64,000 nt of DNA, from assembly GCA_951406725.2 (NCBI GenBank), contig OX597814.1, positions 75,764,001 through 75,828,000 on the forward strand. Reading direction: 5' to 3'. Under the pieces are notes generated by a model. It worked only from the letters and a program-made list of their open reading frames with translations, did not search any database and was not told the DNA's origin. Made by a program: the position numbers and the translations under genes. Of this stretch, positions 25,411-39,484 are shown piece by piece; the stretch's first letter is position 1; each line of letters opens with the position of its first letter. The stretch comes from Octopus vulgaris (Eukaryota).

Positions 25411-28400
25411 TGAACTTTCAATCACTGCAATTTTTGTTATATTAATATCTAACAAAGTGAATAGCAATAACCCCCTTGAGAAAGGTATGCATATCAAAGG
25501 CCTTGTACATATGTATGAAAGTATTTGTTATTGAATGTCGACCTGAGAATAAATCAGTTTTTTAGTGAATACAAATATCATTGTAGAATATCTTCAAGTC
25601 AGATACATTATTTTCAGTGGTATTAGCTTGAGTGTATTAGAAATTTTGGCAGAATTGTTAGAGTATCAGAAGAAAATAAAAAGACTGTGGTATTTAGTTA
25701 TGGTTCTTTATGTTTTAAGTTCAAATCTTGTTGCGGTCAAATTCATTGTTCATCTTTCTGAGGTTAATAAAATAAGATATCAGTTCAAGTACTGGGACCA
25801 AATTCAATAAATCATCTGAGGTGTGGAGGGAATAATAATAGAAGAAAAATTAACATGCTGGTTTTAGCATAATTTTAAAAGGATTTTAACTTCTTTTCAT
25901 ATTTGAAATTTATATTTATCATGAATTCATATGGCAATTGTTTTGTGACATTAATCAGCTGAATTTTTTCATGTGTATTATATTTGGATTTATCCTACTA
26001 ACACTTTGATTAAATATAGATTGCTAAGGAATTTGCAAGATTCCTTTAATCTAATTGTTCCATATATTTAGGCTTGAATTTGTATGTTTTAATGTGGAGT
26101 ATTTACTAGGAACAGTATTTGACTGACTTATCTAAACAAATAGGAATGTAGGAATGCATCGTAGATCTAACATCAATACTTTTAATTTCAGAAATTCTTT
26201 CTTCAATGAATACACAGTTCAGCTTTGAGATAATTGAATCACTTACTGAAACAATTGTCATTCAGATAATCACCATAACAATAGTTCACAAAATGGAAGC
26301 CTGAGTGATCCTTGTAATCTAGACTCAGTAAATATCTCAAGGTATGAACTATACCTTATTGATTAAGATGAGGTTATGGAAATAGGCTAATTGTATATTT
26401 AATAACATACTGCTTGATTAAAATGTTAATAAAAATTCAAGTTTTGATTAAAGGAGAAATAATAATATGCCCTTTAACTCTACTGCTTTTAAAAGCTAGG
26501 ACACATTGAATGATATAGTTTCAGGTGCACTGTGTCTGAAAACTCAATTGGATAATCATGGCTGAAACATGATTGATAGTAACTTGTTCAATCAAGGTTA
26601 ACATGAGTTGAAACAACAATAACAACCTTGGCTTTTTTAATCACTACAATTTTTGTTATACAGTGACCAGCAATAACTTGGGAAAGTCTTCACATTTGAG
26701 TAGCATGAATTCTTCTTTTCTGTTTCTACATTTCTATGATATTTTTTTAAAGCAATTTCAACAATATTAACTCAGACTAATCTGGCACTAATAACCATTT
26801 GCATTGATCATACTCTTCCTTCACCTCACTTTGTGTTATATCCTTAAAATGTTGGCTTGTTATAATGCTCACTTCAGTATACAATATATTTAGCAAAACC
26901 AGTAAAGATATGACTATCTAACTGCCTACCATATACTCTCTTTACTTATAGTGACTAGGTTATTCCATTCATTATGTGGGAGGGGTGTACCATTATTACT
27001 AATTCCCTACAACATCTCCCCTTTTAGGTTTTTCTTAGGAAGTGTCATTTTATTTAGCGATAATTTTTTTATTCACTCTACCTCCCTTTTTGAGTTTCTT
27101 TTTTTTTTCCATACAGTTTAATATTTTTTGCGCTTGACATCTGTTTTCAGGAACTCTGTATATTTTATTTTCCTTTCACTTGTACGCCTGGGTTCAATGA
27201 CCTGCAGTGGCATTGGTACTTGGAATGTATTGTACAACCATTCCTTCAGTTCCTCCAATTTCTTTGGTTCACTTTCCACGAATCTCTTTTACGGTCGGTT
27301 CCTGAGTCTCTTTTTTATGCCTTTTCTACTTTTTACACAATACATCATTTTACCTATGCATTTGGTAATTACACCATCTTCCCAATTTTGCTTTCCATTC
27401 TTCTATGTCCTCATATACACCTTTTCACCAATGTGAAAGAATTGTGTTATTTTTTCTCTTCTTGCCAGGTAGCAATTTATCAAAGACTGATTTTACTTTC
27501 CTTGTAAACACCAGCTCCGCTGGTGAGCTACCTGCTGGTGTATTCAGATTTGGTGTCACACAGTACACTCTTAAAAATTGTAGAGCTACCTCGTCTATGA
27601 CTTCCTTATTCGATTTTCTAAGGGCTGTTTTGAAAGTGTCAACAAAACATTCTGCCTGTCCATTAGATCTGGGATGATATGGTGCAGTAGTTACATGTTA
27701 TACCATGAACGTTTCACAAAACTTTTAAAATTTACTAGACACAAATTGTGTTCTATTGTCAGACACTATCTTATCTGGTTATCCGGGATGCCAAATCTTA
27801 CAAACAATTCATGTAAAAAATTTATCACAGTTGAGGAGGTTGGTTTTTTTACACTTACAAATTTTTGACCATTTCAAGAAACTATCAACTACCACTAAGT
27901 AGTAATAACTGTTTAATGGACTAGCAACATCGATATTTAGTCTCAACCACAGAACATCTACTTTTAAGCAATGTTCACATACTATTGTGGGCAATTTTTT
28001 ATTTCATTTTGGTTTACATACAGGTGTTCTACTCTGTTTTACTGCAATTTTTTATTTCAATCCCTCAGCCACATTTGAACCTTTGACTAAACTGACTGTA
28101 TTTCTGCTCAAAATACTTATGGGTGTATTCCACTACTTGAATAGTTATAGCCACTCTGTGCCGAATGGATTAAGTGTATCTTTTAATACATATATCTTTG
28201 CTTTTTTGTTTGACCTTGAGATGTTACATTACATACGAATTCACCAAAAAATATAATCTTTTTCCCATAACACCATGTGCTACCTTTTTCAATTTAATTA
28301 ATTTTGGCTTACCAATATATTTCTAAGTTTTTTCGTTTATTAATGGTGATATCACTTCCAGTGTCTAATTTCATTTTAACACTTATATTTCTGATTTTAA

Positions 28401-28968
28401 CCTTCATGAATTTCCTCATCATTATATTACCAATTTTTTCTGATGACATTTATTCTTTTTCCTTTGTTCTGACGTGTCCAATATTACCACAACGAAAGTA
28501 CTTCACTTTCTTAAATGGATAAGTTTTCTTCAGGTGTATACCTCCACATGCAAAACGGATTTATTTCCTGATTTTTATCATGTTTTTTTAGAAAACACTT
28601 TATTCTGATTATTTTGCACTTGCTTCACTTGGAAATAATCCTTACATTCAATTTCCTCTGTTTCGTGTCTTAATTTGACTATTCTTTCACATTCTTCTGA
28701 CACTTGCTGTATGGTTACATCCTGGTTTTGTTCCAGTTATGTGAGAATTCAAGTTCTAACTTCTGCGTTCTTTTTGGTAGTAAGTCCCCGTGTAAAAATC
28801 AGGCATTTGAACACATCTGGCATTAATTCCTCCAACTTAAACTTTCCACATTCCCTGTTTACTCTACCAGTATATGTGATGTAGTCCTCATCGTTGCTTT
28901 TCTCTATGTTCAGGCACTTCCAATGTGTATTGAATAATTAGCTTTTTCACAGAAAATTTTACACAATA

Positions 28969-29842
28969 TGAGGTTTTATCAATAAGTATCTGGACTGTTG
29001 CCATAGTAAGGATGCTAAAAAACACAGAGTGAAGCTGCTTGGCACAGATTGACCTTGAACTCTGCTGTATCTGAGCACTAAGTTTTAATGTTCTAGCTCA
29101 CTTCTGCTGTTTACAGCAGTGCTTGGAAGGAAGGTGTATGGCATGTGATTGTCGCATTGACCATGACAGAGAAAGTTATCATGGCAATACCTGTTCAGAG
29201 GTCTAAGCAGAGTTACAGAAAGTTATGGAGAGGAGTATATGAGTTGCACACAAGTGTACAAATGGTTCAGACATTTCCAAGATGGCTGGAAAAAGTGTCG
29301 ATATTGATGAACGTTCTGGGAAACCCGCACCCAGCAGAACTGAAAACAGCATTGCAGATGTGTGTGCAGCTGTGAGGAGAAATCGTCGAATCACCATCCA
29401 TGAATTATCAGAGAATGTGCAGATTAGTTACGGTTCAATTCAGTCCACTATCACTGAAGATTTGGGTATGAGATGCGTATCTGCCAAGTTTGTGCCAAAA
29501 CTGCTTTCAGTTGACCAAAAAGACACTTGGGTTTCAGCTGCACAAGGTTTTCGTGATTGTGTGCAGAACAATGAAAGCTCTTTGAAAACTTTGCGTAGGC
29601 CTCTGAGCAGGTATCACCAAGCTTTTGACAACATTTGATGTAGATTCTCTGCTCAACTTTCTCTGTCATGGTTAATGCGATGATCACACGGTACATACCT
29701 TTCTTCCAAGCACTGTTGTAAACAGTGGAAGTGTGCTAGAATGTTAAAACTTAGTGTGCTTGCACAGTGGAGTTTAAGGTCGGTCTATGCCAAACGGCTT
29801 CTCTCTCTGTGCTTCAGGTTCATTACTATAGCAACAGTCTGG
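28969..29842 (+). mobile_element. Non-autonomous mariner with inverted duplication of its 5' end
   Basis: 28990-29177 is reverse-complemented at 29655-29842; HTH peptide RSGKP...VRRNRRITIHELSE...ISYGSIQSTITEDLGMRCVSAKFVPKLL; MTEKVEQRIYIK read inward from the right arm. Confidence 0.85.
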
Positions 29843-30326
29843 CGAGAACACATAGTCAAGCGAGAACACATAGTCTGGCGAGAACCCTTTTCTGATATTT
29901 CCTGATGACTTCATTAATTGCAACATTTGTTACTGTAATAGTAATTGTTGTTGTTCTTTCAGTTGTTCTTGTTACTGTTTTTGCAACTTGAGCAAACTAC
30001 CCAATAAATTTTGCATAATTTTTTAGGATTTTTTTTTTGTAAAATTCACACAACAAAACTTTATGAGTATATTAATTTGAATTTCTTAATTCTTTGTGAG
30101 TTGTTTAAATCCTCATCGAGTCTATTAATTCCATGTGAGTTGTTAAAATTCTCGTGAGTTGTTTAAATTCTCATTGAGTTTATTAATTCCTAGTGAGTTG
30201 TTACAATCCTCATGAGTTGTTTAAATCCTTGTCACCACTGTTATATCCTTAAAATGTTGGCTTGTTATAACACCCACTTCGGTATACATAATACTTAGTA
30301 AAATCAGTGAAGGCACGACTTTTTCT

Positions 30327-31803
30327 AATTTCTTTTATTTAGGCACATGGCCTTTATAGAGCGGGGACACCACAAGGACAAACAAAACAATACATGGGGT
30401 ACATGCAAACATATAACGAATGAATTATGAATATGAAAATAATGAGAATGGAATGACTTTCCTACCCTCCAAAGTAGATAGTTTCATTTTACTGTTTTTT
30501 TTTAATAAAGTAATTATTTTATCAGTTTGTAGTGCATTCACAATGCCATACTATAAAATTCATTAAATCCTTGCATGCTATCACTGATGGCAATTCGTCA
30601 TATTGAAACTGAAGTGCTGTTATTTCTATTCTGTCTCCAAATATTTCCCTCAACCTTCCTGCTCTATCATCCTCCAACAACACCACCCTCCCATTTCGGT
30701 TCTCCTCCTTGTCGGCCAGTTTGATCCTTATAATACTTTTCATTTTGGAAATCCTCTTCCCTATTTCCATGCTCTTTCCATAACAAACCATCACTCTTTC
30801 GTGTTTCCCCTTCGGTGGCTTTCTTGGCTGTAGCACCTCACTCTCTTCCTCTGTTGTTAGTATTCTCGTCTCTGTTTGTTCTTCCTTCTCACTTTCAAGT
30901 CTCTTCTTCCATATTTTCTACTCCTCCTTACTAGTTGAAGGCTACAGTCTTTTTGTTTGTTCTTCCATTGGTTCCTTATTTTTTCCTTTTTCATTCTTAT
31001 TTTCTTCCGCCTTTTTTTGTTTTTAGGTGAAGATTCCATGTTCTTTCTCTTCCTTTCTATCACTGTATACTCCTCCTTTTCCTCCTCTGCAGTTGCAATC
31101 TCTTCTTCCCGACTCTCCTTCTCTGCTTCCTCCTGTTCGTGGTTTCTGGGGACACTTGGCTTTCATGTGTCCCCTTATTCCACGTTCATAGCATACCAGA
31201 GGTCTCCCTCCACAATGATTTGCAGTCTCGTGTCATCAGCTAGCACCTGCACTTCCACAATTTTATGAAGGTCTGGCAGGCTTATATGAACCAGCACCTC
31301 CAGTCCATATCCTCAGCAGTTTACCTCCATCATTCGGGATATTTTTAACACCTGTGCATCTTCTTCTGATTTCTGGGGGCACTCTACCTATCCTTACTTT
31401 GGCTGCACATTTGCCACAGTAAGAAGGTAGAAGTGCCCACTTGTCTGATCTCAAAGGCACAGTGGAGTGTTTCCTCACTTCTTCACTTATGAAGCTCACC
31501 TCCACTGTGCCGCACTTCTTTCCTCTCATGTAAAACGTTGTACTGTCTTTTATTTTCCGAAGACACTCTTCTATTTCTTCCTCTGCTGCTATTTCCTCCG
31601 GTCACCGAAGTGCAGCCTCCCATCCATCCTCCCTCCACGGCACCACTACCTCCCACTACACCCATAAATGGGGAAGAAACAATACCACCCAGCAGAAAAA
31701 TAACAGCCAGTTAACAAAACAATCACAACAACTTCAGCAAATCAATAAAGCAATAGAACAACTCACATGGAGCGAAATCAAACACAACTCTCGAGGAAGA
31801 CAG
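30327..31803 (-). mobile_element. Internally deleted non-LTR element (L1/Tx1-like ORF1 remnant plus 3' end) inserted in the Gypsy 5' LTR
   Basis: Interrupts the LTR; ends AATAAAAGAAA on the minus strand; ORF1-like peptide (TVEVSF...WALLPSY...VRIGRVPPEI) then a Lys/Glu-rich tract. Clade assignment is inference. Confidence 0.55.
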
Positions 31804-33028
31804 GGCTGTCTCTGACCACCTACTTCATACTCTCTTTATTTATAGTGATTAGGTTATTCCATTTGTCATGTGAGAGGGGTGCATCATTATTGCTAATTCT
31901 CTACAGTACCTTGTACTTTGTGGGGGCCACATAAGTACCTCATAACCATTATCTACCTCTTGCAGCTCCTACAGTTCATTTTCTCATTCTGCCCACTTCC
32001 TGTGCTAGATATGAGTAACCATGCAGATTCTCTGCCAGAACCTGCACTGCCATTGCCCCACTTCTCAAAGTTCAATCCCCTCACCCCGCTAAAGCTGAAC
32101 ACCCCATTGGGTATGTAATTCTGCAAGCTGTATGGCAATCTCAGTAGTTGGTAGGAAAATAAGCAATGGCCCATGGTATAAGGTGGTTGGCATTAGGAAG
32201 GATATCCAGCCATAGAAACCCTGCCAGAATAGATATTGGAATGTGATGCAGTCCTTGGCCATATTGGTTCCTATCAAACCATTCAACTTATGCCAGCATA
32301 GAACACATACATTAAATGATGCGAGCAGCATTGCTGATGACAATGCTGCCGCTGCTGGCGCTGTCACCAATCATAACGACAATTCCATAAATACTTCAAA
32401 CAAGAAAATATTGTCTGAAAGTTTCATAAGTGTTGTCACTAAACTTAAATCGTTAAGATATTTAGATCACAGCATCTATTTGTCTTGCAGACTAAATTCC
32501 TCCAAGTTGAATGGAGTGAAATTTTTGAACATGTAATCATCAGTTTTGCTGGACTGACTTGTACTTTCAATATCAATTCTTAATCAGAATAATTTGAAGC
32601 TCATTATTCACAATTCATGCAGTTGTTAAAAAAAACACATCAACTACAACAATCCTACTCATGTCAGGTGCCTGTACAGGCCAGAGATATAGACCTTAGG
32701 CACAGGCCCTTGGTACAGTCCTTTCTTCTGGACCAAATGAAATATCACATGAATTGGTATACTTCCACTTCTTGGTAAATAACATTGGTTTCTGTACTGG
32801 GAAATTGGACAAGGTAAAGGAATATGAATTAAGATCAAAGAGTGGATGAAATAACTATTTATGATGAATAAGAGTGATAACTTTGAAAGGAACATACATT
32901 TAATTTGTATAATTAAATCTCTACTTATTTTTTCATATTTTAGTAATCATACGCAGTAAGTATATAGTTTCATGAGTTATCTCTGCTAACACACACACAC
33001 ACATGCACATACACATGCAGGCACACAC

Positions 33029-33074
<46 letters not shown>

Positions 33075-35639
33075 GCCTGTATGTAGTTACTTGATTGGTG
33101 AAAAACAATAACCAAATCACCATGAAATTACATTCTACTGTCTTGAAAAACAGGAAGGACACATTGAAAAATGTAGTCCTAGATATACTATTCCATAAAA
33201 TAAAATGACATGGTCATTTTAGAACATGCTTAAGCAACAATACACATATAGTAACATTCCTTCCTTTTCCTAAACAACAGCTGTCCAGTGTTAAGTGCCA
33301 GAGGCTACTACTATGAGAATAAGCTAAACAAATCATAGAAGTACTTAATTCCATATGACCTATTAGAAATAGCACATAAATACCCTTCAAATGGCGTCCA
33401 AATATTTAGAAAAGGAAGGGTCACATTGGATATTATAGTCAAAAATATGCAATACTTAAGAAAATATCATAGCTGAAACACCATTGATCATAGGTTTGCT
33501 CAGTCAGGACTATCCTAGGGCTAAACAACAACTTGACACTATATTGATTAACAGGAGTTTTGAGTTTGTTGTTTCATAAATAAATGTATTAGAAATTCTA
33601 AATGTATCATATTTATTATTATTACCTGAGGTTGTACTCGACTTTGTGTCTTTGGATAAACGGTGGGTACATTTGTTACAATAATATGTGATAGTGCAGA
33701 TGTATATATAAATGTGTATATGCACTTTCCCTCAACTCTTCTCTACACTTTGTTGCTTTTAGTCCTTCCACTAATATCTCCTTCTTTTGCTTCTAGTAAT
33801 GATCTCATTTCTTCTATCCCTGAATTCTGATATTGTACCAAAGTGTAAAAGATTGCCATTGGACTCTACTAATCTTCAAAAATTCAAAATTTACTTTCTT
33901 CTCCTGAAGACTGCTTCAATGGATTTTGGTACAAATTCAATTTATTTCAATTTACCAAGTCAGACTCCTTTTATTGCAGTAATCTGTATACTACTTGAGC
34001 AAAATGAAGGAATGAAGTTCTTTTATTGTACAATTCTCAATGCCATAGATTACTGGTACACAACCATGAATTTGAAAAAAGAGATATAGTCAATTCTGAA
34101 TTAAGATGTTTATATTTCTGACACTTATTTTAATGACTGGTTATATGGGTATATGAAGGACTGAGATAACTCTAGAGTGGTTTGAATTTCAAATAAAATG
34201 GTTGTGTCATTTCAATACCACCCCATGCCACTACCACCACCAACAATAAGCACTCCCACCCCACTACCATCACCACCACCACCACTACCACCACTACCAT
34301 CGCCGCTGCCGCCACCACCACCACCACCACCATTACTGTCATCACTGTCATTTTGGTCATCATCATCATCATGATTGTCACTCATGTGTGTATATGTGTA
34401 TACGAATGTTTCCGTGTATCTTCACATTGACACCATTTTGAGATTGTGCAGCAGTGTGTTTATTTGTGTCTCCTAGAAGCAATATATTCTATAGCTCAGC
34501 AGCTTTTCAGTTTCACGTGAAGACCAGTAGAATAAAACTGGTTCGCTTAAAAAAAAATGGTGACTTGAAGAATATCCAACTATAGTATACACCTCAATAA
34601 GTCACATCCACCCCATACCAGCATGGAAAATTGGATATAAAACCAATGATGATGATGTATGATACTTGTAACTATTAGTCAGATTTTCTTCTCTAATTAG
34701 GTTGTTTCTTAATGAAGATTCAATTGACAAATTTATAATCAGAAGCCATAGTGTAAATATTGCAAAATATTTGATAGTATTGAATTTAAGACTAGACTTT
34801 TAGATTTTATTATAGATTATATCTTCTTAATTATAGGATCTGAGGATAAAGGTATGCTACAGCTTCTAGAATATATTATCTTTTATTGGCTTTGCTTTAT
34901 CTTCATATTTTATTTTTTGCTTTGCTTAATTTACATCTGCCTACCAGTCTATTACATCTTCATGAGAACATCTCTGTGTCATCATTACTTTTGCAAAAAT
35001 GCCAATTATGTACTTATTGTTGTTGCTTATTTATTTATTTCTAATATTGCAGTTGTATATCAAAATTTCCATTTGTTATTCTTCCTAAGAATGAAATACA
35101 TCTATGAAAACATGCATGCAAATGTTCATACTTAATGAATGTTCTGCAAGAACAACCTTAAAACATTTATCTGTTATTACTATTTTCCTGAATTTACATA
35201 AATCTTTAATTATATATAATCTGTTGGTGTCATTGCAGAAGTGAATTGCTTATCATTTGAGATTTACCAGCTAGAAATGGATTGATGGATCCATGATATT
35301 TCAACTTAATAATGATTTAAATTCACAGGTTAAGTCAGTGCTACTTCTGAAATCCCCAACTTGACACTATAGACAATCAACAAACCTGGGAATTATCAAA
35401 CACTTGCTAATAAGGAAATCTCCTCTCAGTTGTTCATCCTGCTCTAAATAACAGCCAAATGTCCTTCAAAATCACATCCTACTCTCTTAAAAATAAAAGG
35501 AAGGGCACATTGGAAAATGCAATCCTAGATGTACTATGCCTGGATTACAGACAGGATGGTCACAACTGGAAGGTCTCTATGTTCCATCAGTGTTGAACAA
35601 CAACATTAAACACACTGTTCTCATATTCAGTCGTATAAC

Positions 35640-35675
<36 letters not shown>

Positions 35676-36462
35676 ACAAAATGATGTGTATTTAACATTC
35701 TACAGAATATTTTACATTACCATTATCTTTATGATAGGTAAAAATAGAAGAATGATAGAATGCTAGATTAAATGCTTTATAATATTTTTACCTTGCTACA
35801 ATCTGTATGTGTATGCATAAATGCATTCACACACATTCTTCTAAAACGGAACACCTGCAAAGTTTTTGATTTAAAAAATATGCAAAACCTTCTTATAGAA
35901 ATCAGCATTTATAGCTAAATTTAATTGCTATGGAGATGTGATTGCATTTTTAGAAATTTTAATGGGTATTTTAGTTTTATTTTAATTTTTGTTCCCTTAT
36001 TTCCATTTTTATTCATAAAACTTAATTCTGTTCCTTTATTTCGCTTTTTGTTAAGATTTGTGAGAAAGCTTCTTTTCCATTCAGGTTTGTTACCTTTATT
36101 TTCCTTTTGATTAATATAATTCAATAGAGCTAGATCTCTATGGTTCCCACTAAAAAGAAATAAATTTTTGTTTTTTTTTTCAAGAAAGGAAAAATTCTTT
36201 TATTTTATGATGGCCATAGTCTTGGGTCCATGAGAAGATACAATGCAAGAAAAAAATTAAAGATTCTATTCACCAGCATATAGTTAGTCTCACAATCAAG
36301 AAAAAAAAAGGATGAATAATCAGGAACAAGGTGAGGGGATAAAAAACTCTATATTCTGAAGTTAGCGAAGTCTCTCTGAATACCCTACAGGGTAAAGAAG
36401 ATCATTCCTTTCTTATGAAATGATTTCACTTCAAGCAACAAATGTAATGTATTTAGACACCC

Positions 36463-36807
36463 ATTAGAATTCAGACTTTGTAACAAGACTTCTGCCCAAA
36501 TGCACAAGTTAATGAAAACTTAAATTTGAAGAAGGAAATTTCTAGAACTGTACAAAGAAAAGGGCTTCAACTTCTTCCAAAAATTCTTCTAGACAAATCA
36601 ATATTTATTTTCCTATGAGAAGGGAAGAAATCTATTCAGATTAACTATTAGAATTCAGAATTTGTTACAAGGTAGTACCTGAAATTGCTAGGTGTAATAA
36701 AATATAAAACTGATAAAGGTAATTTCTAGAAGTGTACAAAGAAAAGGACTCCAATTTCTTCTGAAAACTCTTCCAGACAAATCAATATTTTCTTTCCCTT
36801 AGATGGG
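36463..36807. repeat. Diverged tandem duplication, ~184 bp period
   Basis: ATTAGAATTCAGA...AATTTCTAGAA.TGTACAAAGAAAAGG...AGACAAATCAATATTT occurs twice. Confidence 0.8.
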
Positions 36808-37059
36808 CAGCACAGATTTTTGTAAAAGAAAAACACAGAAAATTTAGAGAAAATTGTTTACAACCATGCAATCGTACAATGATGTAAATGTGTTTAATCA
36901 TTCTGTGTGCTTAATCATTATTCACAATGAAAATGACACTACATTACAAAAGCTTCTTTTCCCTCTATACAATAATCTACTTAGTCCAGACAGACAATAC
37001 ATTGACTATATAATATATTTGCCCACTTTGCCAATTTAATGAAAGCATTTGTCAAAGAT

Positions 37060-37310
37060 TGTAAAACCAAGATTTTGTTTTGACCTGGACAGTGTCCAGA
37101 CCTCAATTCCATTGAAAGTTTATATTAAGGGGTCAATATGCCAAAGTATAATTGAATACCTTTTTAAAAGCAAGGAATTTTGATTTGTGGTTGTTCAGGA
37201 AGAATGGTGCAAATAAGAAATATATCTTAAGAAATATAAGAAATATACCTTAAAAGTTTTCTGACAATCTGATTAAAAGGATTCAAAGGACAATATGATA
37301 ATCACTAAGA
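37060..37310 (+). pseudogene. Highly decayed Tc1 transposase C-terminal fragment
   Basis: *PGQCPDLNSIESL (compare WPxxSPDLNPIE), followed by VQEEW. Confidence 0.6.
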
Positions 37311-37391
37311 AACATTGCATAATATATTTACTTTTATAACAATAACGTCAGCTTCAAAGGAAACCTGAATATATGTATGTGAATATATATG

Positions 37392-37439
<48 letters not shown>

Positions 37440-37577
37440 GTATACACATGTGTATGTGTAATATATGTATGTATGTGTGTATATATATATAGTAAAAAGT
37501 GACAACAAAAGAATGAGGCCTCGATATTAGGTAAATAGAGAATTATTTACTTATGTATAATTTAGGACAATCAATGT

Positions 37578-37645
37578 CATTATAGTTCTCAGAGTTTTGA
37601 ATGTCGGAGTGAAGAGCTATGATGCATTCTCATCGGCTACTAATG
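37578..37645 (-). ncRNA. Decayed type I hammerhead motif
   Basis: GTAG-CCGATGA-GAATG...CATTC-AAAA-CTCTGAG-AA-CTAT; three stems intact, three core substitutions. Confidence 0.5.
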
Positions 37646-37927
37646 GCAATAGATGCCAAGAAAAACCACTGAATAAAAGAGAAGTTACTCTAATAGGTAA
37701 AAAAAAGGAAAAAGATAAAAAATACACACAACCATATTCTCACAATACAATGACATAAAACCTCTTGCATTCATAACGTCTACATATGTACGCACTCACA
37801 CAAACATGTATATGTACATGCACATATACACACAACCATATATGTGCATGTACGTAGTCATGCATACACACATGCACATAGGTGTCTGCATGCATACATA
37901 TATATTTAGACATACATATAAATATAC

Positions 37928-37979
<52 letters not shown>

Positions 37980-38059
37980 CAGAATCTGTTTTGGGTGTGA
38001 AAAGACACCTGAATTTCAAAACGTGTAGTTGCTTTTAAATTTTGTAAAGATTATTCAAA

Positions 38060-38099
38060 TACCAAACCAGTTTCAACAACTTTTTGTTTATCAATGGTA
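38060..38099 (-). ncRNA. Decayed minimal type I hammerhead motif
   Basis: TACCA-TTGATA-AACAA(AAAG)TTGTT-GAAA-CTGG-TT-TGGTA; perfect 5 bp stems I and II, damaged CUGANGA. Confidence 0.45.
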
Positions 38100-38700
38100 A
38101 AGAATAAAAGAGTAAATATGAAAAAGGATTTAGGAGAGTTTAAAGTTACAAGAGAAAATTCAGGAAAACATGTTTAAATATCAAATGTTCATAGAAATTC
38201 CAATGAGTTTTTCAGGTAAGGACAATAATGTAAGTTTAAATGTTCAATGAAGTTCAAAATAGACACACATGATTAAAAGTCAGTAATATTGAGTTATATT
38301 AACAATTAAATACATTGAGGTCTTTAAAAAAAAGAGTGAGAGAAAAAATGGAGAGAAAGAGTAAAGTTTCTTTACAATCTCTATTGTAGTGCATGAAGGA
38401 GGGTTGTTTGTTATTATTCGCTGGTTTTGTTTGTGAAAGTTCAAAATGTTTTAAGTTAAAGTTGTTTAGTGTACATATACATGTTTTTACCATAAAGGAT
38501 CAAGTTGTGATTGTTTCAATCAATGGACTGTAGCCATGCTGGGGCACTACCTTGAAAGATTTTAGTTGAACAAATCAATCCCATTACTTATTCTAATGGT
38601 CTCTTTTGCTGAACCACTAAGTTACAGGAATGCAATCAAACAAACTCTGGTTGTCAAGTCATGTTAGGGTACACAAAAGCACACACACATAGCTACAGAC

Positions 38701-38746
<46 letters not shown>

Positions 38747-38866
38747 ACAGTTTGAGGAGGTATATGGCATTTACCATTAGAGTCTATGAGCTGTCCATAA
38801 AGCTAAATGCTTTGTGGATGCAGAGCCATTGGTCACTCTGTGACTGGACATATACTTAACTGCATA

Positions 38867-38907
<41 letters not shown>

Positions 38908-38909
<2 letters not shown>

Positions 38910-39439
38910 TATAAATAATATATAAATATATGCATATATACATACATATATGTACAAACCTACATATGTATATATACATGCATATATGGGTACAGGACAC
39001 CAATAAAACGTTGAACAATGAGAAACGCAAACATAAAAAACAAAAACATAGAAAACGAACTTTTTTCTGAACAATGGAAAAAACAAACAGAGAAACAAGA
39101 CATGCAACATAAAGAACATTCCCTTCATCAGTTGTCCCCTGTTTTATCTACTCTGCATTTCAAAACTAAGGACAATACGCGACTTCATTAAAACAGACCT
39201 TCCCACAAAGCAAATTAAATAAAATTTGGGATTTCTTGTGGAGGCTGAAAGTAGTAACAAAAACAGGACAGTGAGGACAAGACAGTATAAACAAATGGTG
39301 ATGGCTGTTAAGCCAAGACAATGTGAAGATTATGAATGTTAGAAAAAAGATCTTTGAGAAGAGACAGATAAAAGCACATCTTGTCTTCAGGAAGAAAATG
39401 GAAGAAAGAATGATAGATGGACTTTCACCACGTGCCAGC

Positions 39440-39484
<45 letters not shown>

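Larger units (their letters stand above)
26834..31908 (-). mobile_element. Internally deleted Ty3/Gypsy LTR retrotransposon with two nested insertions
   Basis: 3' LTR 26834-27014 (TG..CA) next to PPT AGGGGAGA; 5' LTR split into 30239-30326 and ~31814-31908, next to PBS TGGTGACAAGG; gag CFACGGIH knuckle, protease KLDTGSDI, integrase LVVVDSF...IVSDN...PYHPRSNGQAE; no room for RT/RNase H. Confidence 0.88.
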
